Shown piece by piece: positions 43,389-51,128 of a DNA stretch of 64,000 nt. Numbering within the stretch: position 1 is the stretch's first letter; each line of letters begins with the position of its first letter. Source of the stretch: Candidatus Krumholzibacteriia bacterium (lineage in GTDB: Bacteria; Krumholzibacteriota; Krumholzibacteriia; LZORAL124-64-63). The translations under genes were made by a program, and so were the position numbers. The notes under the pieces are model-generated. The model was not told where the DNA came from and made no database searches. It saw only the letters and a program-made list of their open reading frames with translations. Location of the stretch: assembly GCA_050174015.1 (NCBI GenBank), contig JBFXKG010000009.1, positions 64,001 to 128,000 on the forward strand, written 5' to 3'.

Positions 43389-44189
43389 ATGGACCTGGAA
43401 ATCCAGGGCAAAACGGCTTTGATCTGCGCGGCCTCCCGCGGCTTCGGCAAGGCCACCGCCCTGCGCCTGGCGGCCGAGGGGGTCAAGGTCGCCATGTGCG
43501 CCAGAGGGAGGGAAACCCTGGCTGAGGCCGCCGGCGAGGCGGCCGCCCTCGCGGCCGGAGGCGCCCGGGACGTCCTGGCCCGCGCCGTCGACGTCACCGA
43601 TGCGGGCGCGATGAGAGACTTGGTGAACGAGGCCGAGCAGGTCCTGGGGCCCATCGACCTGCTGCTGGTCAACGCGGGGGGACCGCCCGCTGGCCGCTTC
43701 GCCGACCTCGACGGCGACCAGTGGGACGCCGCTTATCGCCTGAATCTGGCCAGCGCGGTGGATCTCTGCCGCCTGGTCATGCCCGGCATGATGGAGCGGG
43801 GCTGGGGCCGCATCGTGCAGGTCACCTCGGTGAGCGTCAAGCAGCCGGTGGAGAACCTGATGCTCAGCAGCGTCATCCGGCCGGCCGCCCATGCCCTGGC
43901 GCGGTGGCTGGCGGTCGAGGCGGCCCCCCGGGGGGTGACCGTCAACTCGGTGGCGCCCGGCTTCCACACCACCAGCGCGGTGGAGCGTCTCATCGCCCGC
44001 AAGATGGCGGACACCGGTTGCACCCGTGAGGACGTCATCGCCGGCTGGACCCGGGACATTCCCCTGGGCCGACTGGGAGATCCCGACGAGTTGGCGGCCC
44101 TGATCGTCTTTCTGATGTCCGGTCCGGCGGGCTACATCACCGGCCAGTGCATCGCCTCGGACGGGGGCTGGGTCAAGGGGACGTTCTGA
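43389..44189 (+). CDS. Short-chain dehydrogenase/reductase
   Basis: MDLEIQGKTALICAASRGFG, NAGGPP, GVTVNSVAPG, IPLGRLG.P.E, YITGQ. Confidence 0.92.
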   Translation: MDLEIQGKTALICAASRGFGKATALRLAAEGVKVAMCARGRETLAEAAGEAAALAAGGARDVLARAVDVTDAGAMRDLVNEAEQVLGPIDLLLVNAGGPPAGRFADLDGDQWDAAYRLNLASAVDLCRLVMPGMMERGWGRIVQVTSVSVKQPVENLMLSSVIRPAAHALARWLAVEAAPRGVTVNSVAPGFHTTSAVERLIARKMADTGCTREDVIAGWTRDIPLGRLGDPDELAALIVFLMSGPAGYITGQCIASDGGWVKGTF

Positions 44190-44201
44190 GCGGAGGATCC
44201 C

Positions 44202-44229
44202 TTGACAGCCGGGTTTTCGGTCGTATCTT
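44202..44229 (+). promoter_or_regulatory. Sigma70-type promoter for the small-ORF/FmdB pair
   Basis: TTGACA (44202-44207), 16-nt spacer, TATCTT (44224-44229). Confidence 0.6.
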
Positions 44230-44290
44230 GTAGTCAATGAACTGCGCAATTCGATAAGTCCCGGAGCCGATGGCCCGGAAAGGACCATGG

Positions 44291-44374
44291 ATGCTGAAGA
44301 TCCTGCTGTTCGTCGCGATCTACCTGGTGGTGGTGAACTTCGTGTTGCCGCGCCTGGGGATCAAGCCCGGCTGA
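44291..44374 (+). CDS. Small single-TM protein (27 aa to UGA; 43 aa to 44422 if UGA is read as Sec)
   Basis: AAAGGA SD; MLKILLFVAIYLVVVNFVLPRLGIKPG with strongly GC3-biased codons; in-frame ATG also at 44270; absent from the ORF track. Confidence 0.6.
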   Translation: MLKILLFVAIYLVVVNFVLPRLGIKPG

Positions 44375-44453
44375 GGCCCCGATTCGTGCTCGATCGGGGA
44401 TCGGGACAGGAAGAAACGCTAGAGGGGCGAACGCCCGTTCCGGAGGTCTGCTC

Positions 44454-44657
44454 GTGCCGATGTTCGAGTTTTCCTGCAAGAAGTGCGGCCACCAGTTCGA
44501 GGACCTGGTGACCCTGGCCGAACTGGAGGCCGGCGAGGTCGAGTGCCCCGCCTGCGGCAGCAAGAAGGTCGAGCGGGGGTTCTCCACCTTCGCCACCAGC
44601 GGAGGCGACGGCGGGGGATTCAGCGCCGGAGGCTGCGGCCACGGCGGGTTCTCCTGA
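44454..44657 (+). CDS. FmdB-family zinc-ribbon protein (possible C-terminal Sec)
   Basis: GGAGG SD; MPMFEFSCKKCGHQFE...CPACGSKKVERGFSTF; Gly-rich tail GGCGHGGFS-UGA. Confidence 0.88.
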   Translation: MPMFEFSCKKCGHQFEDLVTLAELEAGEVECPACGSKKVERGFSTFATSGGDGGGFSAGGCGHGGFS

Positions 44658-44701
44658 GCATCCTGACGCGAGCGCGGCAGGATGTCGCGTGAAATCCACT
44701 G

Positions 44702-44729
44702 GAAGGGGCTGCCGATCGGCGGCCCTTTC
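44702..44729. terminator. Hairpin between convergent genes (probable bidirectional terminator)
   Basis: GAAGGGGCTGCC-GATC-GGCGGCCCTTTC 12-bp stem. Confidence 0.6.
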
Positions 44730-44744
44730 GCATGCCGGGGCCGA

Positions 44745-47700
44745 TCATGGCACCTCGGCTTTCCCGTCCAGGGCGCCCCGCACCGCCCGCAGCAGCGAGG
44801 CCTGCGAATAGGGTTTCTGCACCAGGTGCAGGCCCTCGTGGAGCACGAAGTTGGTGTGGACGGCGTTCCGGCTGTAACCGCTGCAGAACAGGACCGGAAC
44901 CCCTGACCGGATCTCCTGGCATCGCCGGTGGGCTTCCTGGCCTCCGGCCCGCGGCATGACCACGTCCAGGATCAGCAGATCCACTTCCGCGGCGTGGGCG
45001 GAGAAGGCCGTGACGGCCTCCTCACCGTCGGCCGCGGTCAGGACGCGATACCCCGAGCGGGTGAGGATGGTCTCGGCCAGATTGCGCACGGCCTGGTCGT
45101 CCTCGGCCAGCAGGATGGTCTCGGTCCCGCCCTTGACCCCGCCTTCGATCAGGCGTCCCACGGCGGTCGCCTTCTGCTGGCTGACGGGCAGGTAGACCTT
45201 GACCGTGGTCCCCTTGCCCACCTCGCTGTAGGCGTTGATCATCCCATCGTGCTGCTTGACGATGCCGTAGACCGTGGCCAGGCCGAGGCCGGTCCCCTGG
45301 CCCTCCTCCTTGGTGGTGTAGAACGGCTCGAAGATGCGCTGGAGATCCGGGGCGGGGATGCCGCAGCCCGTGTCGGTCACGCTGAGGAGCACGTACCGGC
45401 CCGGCTGGGCCCAGGGGTGGCTCTCGCAATAATCGGAATCGACCAGGACGTTCTGGGTCTCGATGATCAGGGTCCCGCCTCCGGCCATGGCGTCCCGGGC
45501 GTTGACGCAGAGGTTCACGACCACCTGCTCGATCATGCCCGCATCGGCGAACACCGCGCCGGGATTGGTGCCGGGCAGCCATTCGAGGCGGATGTGCTCG
45601 CCGATGAGCCGGCGCAGCATCTTCAGCAGGTTGTCGATGAGGGCGTTGAGGTCCAGGGAATCGGGCTGCATCACCTGGCGGCGGCTGAAGGCGAGCAGCT
45701 GCCGGGTCAGGCTGGCCGCCCGCTCGGCGCCCTTGAAGATCTCGGCCAGCTCCTCGGGAACCGGGCTGCCTGCGGCCCGCTCTTCGATGAGGATCTGGGT
45801 GTATCCCATGATGGCCTGCAGGATGTTGTTGAAGTCGTGGGCGACGCCTCCGGCGAGCTGTCCCACGGCCTCCATCTTCTGGGCCTGCAGGAGCTGCCGT
45901 TGCAGGGCTTCGCGGTCGCGCTCGGCGTTCCGGCGGGCCAGACGGTCGCCCATGGCGCCGAGGCCGAGGCAGAGCTCGGCCGCCATCTCCGCGAAGAGCT
46001 GCCTTTCCTCTTCATCCGGCCCGTGGCCGGGAGGCAGCGAGGCGATCAGGTAACCGACGGGTTTCCCGTCCCGGATCAACCCGATCCCCAGGGCGGCGGA
46101 CGGTCCCTCGCAGCAGTCGGAACCCCCCCCGGACAGGGCCCGCGGTTCGCAGCCGGGGATCTCGACGGCGCCGGTCCTGCCCGCGAGGGCCTGGCAACAG
46201 CCGGGCATCGACCCTCCCTCAAGTTGCTCCGCGGCGCCCGGACAGGGCCCCAGGCCGCTTTCGGCCCAGGCCACGGGCCTGCCTTCGGGGTCGGTCAGGA
46301 TGATCAGGACCCCGTGGTAGCTCCCGTATTCGACCAGCCTGGCGCCGGCCTCCCGGATGAGGGTCTGAGGGTCCCCGGCTTCGCGGACGAGCCGGCTGAC
46401 GGCCCGCAGGGCCAGCAGGACACGGTTCAGATGGCGGATGTGCTCGTGGGCCGCCTTCTCCAGGCTGATGTCCTCCATCGCGCCCATCACCCCGATCATG
46501 GCGCCCGAACCGTCGAGCAAGGGGGCGGTGGACAGGCGTCCGGTGAACCGGCTGCCGTCCTTGCGGAGGCGCACGACCTCCCGGCCGAGGAATCCCGACC
46601 CGGCTTCCAGGTGCCGAAGGTTTTCCTCGAATTCGGTCCGGCGATCCTCCGGAACGATGGGCAGGGGCCGGCCGAGGACCTCGGTGTCGGACCAGCCGAA
46701 CACCCGCTCGGCGGAGGAATTCCAGGTCTGGACCCTACCCCGGGTGTCGATGGTGTACAGGGCGACCGGGGAGCAGGCGATCAAGGAGCGCAGGTATTCC
46801 TCCCTGCTCCGCAGGTCGTCCGTGCGGGCGGCCACCTGCCGGCGCAGAGACCATGACCAGACCAGGACCACCAGCAGGATCGCCAGCAGGGCGCCGAGCC
46901 CCAGGGCGGCCCGGCGCAGGAGCTCGGGGGTCAGCAGGTGGCCCTCGCGGTAGACCCCGAGCCACTTCTCCCGGATGCGCCGGTATTCGCCGCTTTCCTC
47001 CAGGGCCTTGAGCCCTTCCCCGAACTGGGCGAGCAGGGCCTTGTTCCCGTTGCGCACGGCGAAGCAGTAGTCGGGGGAAAGGAGGGGGCGGCGGCCGATC
47101 TCCAGTTCGGTCCACCCTTCCTTTTCGATCCAGTAAAGGGCGGTCAGGCGGGAGACCAGGGCGACGTCCTGCCTGCCTTCGACCACCTCCCGCATCGCCT
47201 CGCCCTGGGACTCGACCGTCGTCAGGCCCTGCTGCAGCCCGTGTTCGACGGCGAAGTCGTGCATGATGTCCCCGGTCTCGGCGACGATCCGCAGTCCCTG
47301 GAGACCCCGGGGATCCTCGGGAGGCCGCACGGGCCCCTGCCGGCGCACCACCGCGACGCAGGAGTTCACCAGGTGGGGCTGGCTCAGGTCGAAGCTGAGG
47401 TCCCGCGCCGGGGAATAGAACATCCCCTGCACCAGGTCGATCCGGCCGTCGAGCAGGGCGGAGGTGATCTCGGGCCAGGGGCCGAGCCGGATGTCCACCT
47501 CGACGCCTACCTGCCTGGCGATCGCGCGGGTCAGATCGACGTTGAATCCGGTCGGTCGGCCGATCTCGTCAAGGTATTCGTAAGGGGGGTAGTCCCGGTC
47601 TCCGCCCACCAGGATGGGCCTGTCCGAGGGAAGCTCCAGGGCGGCGAACCACTTGTGATGGAGGTGGCGGAACGTCCCGTCGGCCATGACCAGGGCCAGC

Positions 47701-48416
47701 CCCTCGTTGAGCATGGCCAGGGTCTCGCGGTCCCCATCCTTGACGGCGAAGCAGAAGTCCTGCCGGAAGTCCTCGAGAGGCCGGGGCACGATCTCGAGGT
47801 CGTCCAGGCCGGCCTGGGCGATCAGCCGCAGGGCGACCAGGTGCTGGCTGACCACGGCGTCGTGGCGCCCTTCGGCCAGCTCGCGCAGGGCCTCCTGGAA
47901 GCTGGAGGTGGTCCGGATGGTCAGGTCTATGTCCTGGCGCCGGAGGTATTCCTCGGCGTTGTCGCCCTGCATGACGGCGACTGTGCGCCCCGCCAGGTCG
48001 GCCAGCCCGTGGACCTCGGACGCGCCCCTGCGCACCACGATGGCCCCGTGCATCGTCATGTAGGGGAAGGTGAAGTCGAAGACGTCCTCCCGCTCGGGCG
48101 TGCGGCCCACCAGGGGCAGGACCGCCACCTCGCCCCTCTCGAGCCACCCGCGGACCTCTGGCCAGGGCCCCGTCCAGAAGGTGACCTCGCGGTCCACTGC
48201 GGCCAGGGCGGCGCGCAACAGCTCGACCGAGAATCCGTCCGGCGAGCCGTCGGGTCTCACGAGGCAGAAGGGAGGGTAGTCGATCTCGCTGGCCGAAAGG
48301 ATCACCGCACGGGAGGGGGAGGCCTGTTCGTCGACGGTGGCGGCGGGGTCGGGATTCCCGGAGGAGGGGGAGGCCAGGAGAGCGAGGAGGAATGCGAGGG
48401 CCAAAATTTTCCGCAT
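44745..48416 (-). CDS. Hybrid sensor histidine kinase: two periplasmic family-3 SBP domains, TM, PAS, GAF-like, HisKA, HATPase, receiver
   Basis: DYPPF/DYPPY SBP motifs; WNSSAERVFGW PAS; QKMEAVGQLAGGVAHDFNN; NLCVNARDAM; FEPFYTTK..GTGLGL; LAEDD...LDVVMP. Confidence 0.92.
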   Translation of the reverse strand: MRKILALAFLLALLASPSSGNPDPAATVDEQASPSRAVILSASEIDYPPFCLVRPDGSPDGFSVELLRAALAAVDREVTFWTGPWPEVRGWLERGEVAVLPLVGRTPEREDVFDFTFPYMTMHGAIVVRRGASEVHGLADLAGRTVAVMQGDNAEEYLRRQDIDLTIRTTSSFQEALRELAEGRHDAVVSQHLVALRLIAQAGLDDLEIVPRPLEDFRQDFCFAVKDGDRETLAMLNEGLALVMADGTFRHLHHKWFAALELPSDRPILVGGDRDYPPYEYLDEIGRPTGFNVDLTRAIARQVGVEVDIRLGPWPEITSALLDGRIDLVQGMFYSPARDLSFDLSQPHLVNSCVAVVRRQGPVRPPEDPRGLQGLRIVAETGDIMHDFAVEHGLQQGLTTVESQGEAMREVVEGRQDVALVSRLTALYWIEKEGWTELEIGRRPLLSPDYCFAVRNGNKALLAQFGEGLKALEESGEYRRIREKWLGVYREGHLLTPELLRRAALGLGALLAILLVVLVWSWSLRRQVAARTDDLRSREEYLRSLIACSPVALYTIDTRGRVQTWNSSAERVFGWSDTEVLGRPLPIVPEDRRTEFEENLRHLEAGSGFLGREVVRLRKDGSRFTGRLSTAPLLDGSGAMIGVMGAMEDISLEKAAHEHIRHLNRVLLALRAVSRLVREAGDPQTLIREAGARLVEYGSYHGVLIILTDPEGRPVAWAESGLGPCPGAAEQLEGGSMPGCCQALAGRTGAVEIPGCEPRALSGGGSDCCEGPSAALGIGLIRDGKPVGYLIASLPPGHGPDEEERQLFAEMAAELCLGLGAMGDRLARRNAERDREALQRQLLQAQKMEAVGQLAGGVAHDFNNILQAIMGYTQILIEERAAGSPVPEELAEIFKGAERAASLTRQLLAFSRRQVMQPDSLDLNALIDNLLKMLRRLIGEHIRLEWLPGTNPGAVFADAGMIEQVVVNLCVNARDAMAGGGTLIIETQNVLVDSDYCESHPWAQPGRYVLLSVTDTGCGIPAPDLQRIFEPFYTTKEEGQGTGLGLATVYGIVKQHDGMINAYSEVGKGTTVKVYLPVSQQKATAVGRLIEGGVKGGTETILLAEDDQAVRNLAETILTRSGYRVLTAADGEEAVTAFSAHAAEVDLLILDVVMPRAGGQEAHRRCQEIRSGVPVLFCSGYSRNAVHTNFVLHEGLHLVQKPYSQASLLRAVRGALDGKAEVP

Positions 48417-48756
48417 GACAGCTCCGTAAGGGGAATTCCGGTGGATCATGACTGCATCCTATCATCGGAATATCTTCAGGGAAAGCACGGGAAATGGGCC
48501 AGGGAACGGTTTGCGACCCCGGTGCGGGGCCGGGTCCTGGCGCAGGGTTTCGGCGGTCTTCATAATTTTGGATAAAAAGGTCCTTTTCTCCTTTTATTGC
48601 GGCTCCCAATAGACTACAATTTAACTAGGAATAGATCCCGACCCCGGTCCGGAATCTCCAGCTCCTGGGCCGGGGAGTCCGCGGGGGTGGAAGACCCGGT
48701 GCGCGGGGATGCCTTCCCCTCTCTGGAAGAGGCCCCGTCTGCAAAGGAGATCGACG

Positions 48757-49209
48757 ATGACTGGAAGACTAGGTCCGATCCTTCTGGCAGCCTTCATCCT
48801 GGCCGGTCTGGCCGGCTGCAAGTCCGGTTCGGAGGAAAAGGCGGCCGGCGGGAGCCCCGCGGAGATGGCTGCGGCTTTGAACGAGGGGCCCAGGGCCGCG
48901 GAGTCCATGACCCTCAACCCGGGCCTGGCCTCCTGGGGGGAACAGCTCTTCAAGGACAAGGCCTGCGTGACCTGCCATGCGGTGGGTGAGCGCAAGCAGG
49001 GGCCCGACCTGGCGGGCGTGGCCGACCGCCGCACCGAGCGCTGGATGAAACGCCAGATCATGGATCCCGAATGGATGCTCAAGAACGATCCCATCGCCCG
49101 CGGATTGATGGCCGAGTACGCCCTGCAGATGGCCAACCAGCAGGTCAAGGACGCCGAGGCCAACGCCCTGATCCAGTACCTGCTGCGCGAGACCTTGGCC
49201 AGGCGTTGA
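48757..49209 (+). CDS. Monoheme cytochrome c lipoprotein (nos-associated)
   Basis: AAGGAG SD; lipobox LAGC; CVTCH; GPDLAGV..RR...W; distal Met in QMANQ. Confidence 0.9.
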   Translation: MTGRLGPILLAAFILAGLAGCKSGSEEKAAGGSPAEMAAALNEGPRAAESMTLNPGLASWGEQLFKDKACVTCHAVGERKQGPDLAGVADRRTERWMKRQIMDPEWMLKNDPIARGLMAEYALQMANQQVKDAEANALIQYLLRETLARR

Positions 49210-49249
49210 TGTGCCGGGCCCCGATCCATCGACATTCAGGAAGGAGACC

Positions 49250-51112
49250 ATGATGCGCCGATTTCCGATCCCAGGCCGGATCCTGATGGTGTTCGCGGCG
49301 GCGGCCCTCGCTGGGTTGCTGGCCAACGGTTGCAACGGTGGCGGGGGCGGGGGCGGGAACGGGGCTGGGGGCGCCACCGGCGATGCGGCCCAGAGGGTCT
49401 ACGTGGCCCCCGGCGAATACGACGACTACTACGCCTTCCTGTCCGGCGGGCATTCGGGGCAGGTGTTCGTGTACGGCCTGCCCAGCGGCCGGCACCTGAA
49501 CACCATCCCCGTGTTCACTCCCGAATCGGCGAGCGGGTGGGGCTTCGACGAGGACTCCAAGGCCATGCTGGGCGGCTTCCTCTGGGGCGACGCCCACCAT
49601 CCGGGCCTCTCGGAGACCGCCGGCGACTACGACGGCCGCTGGCTGTTCATCAACGACATGGCCAACGCCCGCATCGCCCGCATCGATCTGGACGTGTTCA
49701 AGACGAAGCAGATCATCGGGCCGCTGCCGAACGTCTCGGCCAACCACGCCTCGACCTTCGTGACCGAGAACACCGAGTACGTGTTCGCCGCCAGCCGCTT
49801 CTCGGTCCCGGTGCCCAACACCTACCAGTCCATCGCCGAGTACAAGAACAAGTTCAACGGCGTGATCGCGGCGGTGGCCATCGCCGGGGACGGCACCATG
49901 AGCCTGGACTTCGAGATCCTGACCCCTCCCTTCCACTGGGACAAGTCCGACGCGGGCAAGGGCCCCAGCCACGGCTGGGTCTTCTTCTCCTGCTACAATT
50001 CCGAGCAGGCCTACACCAAGCTCGAGGTCAACGCGAGCCAGAACGAGCGCGACTTCATCGCGGCCGTGGACTGGCGCAAGGGCCGCGAGGCCGTGGCCGC
50101 GGGCAAGTTCCAGGTGATCGAAGGGGCCAAGGTCATCGACCCGGCCGAGGTGCCGGGCCTGATGTATCTGCTGCCCACGCCCAAGTCGCCCCACGGGGTG
50201 GACATCGACCCGTCGGGGACCAGGATCATCGGCAACGGCAAGCTGGCCGCGGTCACCGTGGTCCACAGCTTCGAGAAGTTCCAGCAGGCCGTGGCCGCCA
50301 AGGACTTCATCGGCGAGTACGGCGGCATCCCCGTGGTTCGCTACGAGGCGACCAGGGTGGCCGAGGTGCCGGTGGGGCTGGGCCCGCTGCACACCCAGTT
50401 CGACGGCCGCGGCTTCGCCTACACCAGCCTGTTCCTGGACAGCCAGGTGGCCAAGTGGAGCCTCGACACCTACGAGGTGGTGGACAAGGTGGACGTCCAC
50501 TATTCCATCGGGCACCTGACCGCCAGCGAGGGCGACACCAGGCATCCTACCGGGGAGTGGCTGCTGGCCCTGAACAAGATCTCCAAGGACCGCTACCTGC
50601 CCATGGGCCCCACGCATCCGGAGGGCGCCCAGCTCGTCGACCTGACCCGGCCGACCATGGAGCTGATCCTGGACATCCCCACCTACATGGAGCCCCACTA
50701 CGGGCAGATCATCAAGGCCGACAAGCTGATCCCCAACGTCAAGGTGATCTTCCCCATCGAGGAGAACCACCACGCCCACCGCGCCCTGAACGAGGAGGAG
50801 ACCAGCATCGTGCGCGACGGCAAGGACGTGCACGTGAAGATGGTGGCGGTGCGCACCCACTTCTATCCCGACACCCTGACCATCGACCTGGGGGAGACCG
50901 TGTACTTCCACGTGACCAACGTGGAACAGGACCGGGACATCGCCCATGGATTCGGCATCCTGCGCAGCAACGTCGACTTCCAGATCGAGCCGGGCGAGAC
51001 CAAGACGGCGAAGTTCAAGCCGGAGAAGCCGGGAATCTACCCGTTCTACTGTTCGAACTTCTGTTCGGCGCTGCACCAGGAGATGCAGGGATACCTGGCG
51101 GTGCGGCCATGA
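49250..51112 (+). CDS. nosZ: Nitrous-oxide reductase, clade II (Sec-dependent)
   Basis: YVAPGE.D.YYAFLSGGHSGQ; CuZ His motifs DAHH, NH, SPHG, GPLH, IGH, EPH; CuA HGF...CSNFCSALHQEM. Confidence 0.97.
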   Translation: MMRRFPIPGRILMVFAAAALAGLLANGCNGGGGGGGNGAGGATGDAAQRVYVAPGEYDDYYAFLSGGHSGQVFVYGLPSGRHLNTIPVFTPESASGWGFDEDSKAMLGGFLWGDAHHPGLSETAGDYDGRWLFINDMANARIARIDLDVFKTKQIIGPLPNVSANHASTFVTENTEYVFAASRFSVPVPNTYQSIAEYKNKFNGVIAAVAIAGDGTMSLDFEILTPPFHWDKSDAGKGPSHGWVFFSCYNSEQAYTKLEVNASQNERDFIAAVDWRKGREAVAAGKFQVIEGAKVIDPAEVPGLMYLLPTPKSPHGVDIDPSGTRIIGNGKLAAVTVVHSFEKFQQAVAAKDFIGEYGGIPVVRYEATRVAEVPVGLGPLHTQFDGRGFAYTSLFLDSQVAKWSLDTYEVVDKVDVHYSIGHLTASEGDTRHPTGEWLLALNKISKDRYLPMGPTHPEGAQLVDLTRPTMELILDIPTYMEPHYGQIIKADKLIPNVKVIFPIEENHHAHRALNEEETSIVRDGKDVHVKMVAVRTHFYPDTLTIDLGETVYFHVTNVEQDRDIAHGFGILRSNVDFQIEPGETKTAKFKPEKPGIYPFYCSNFCSALHQEMQGYLAVRP

Positions 51113-51128
51113 CCGGAAGGACGAGTCC

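Noticed and set aside
44287..44511. 74-aa ORF from the track overlapping the small membrane ORF
   Set aside because: Low-complexity product that overlaps the FmdB gene out of frame; the 44291 frame has better codon usage and a clear TM.
49250..49270. Twin arginine in the NosZ leader (MMRRFP) as a Tat signal
   Set aside because: Does not fit S/T-R-R-x-F-L-K; clade II sequence with a lipobox.
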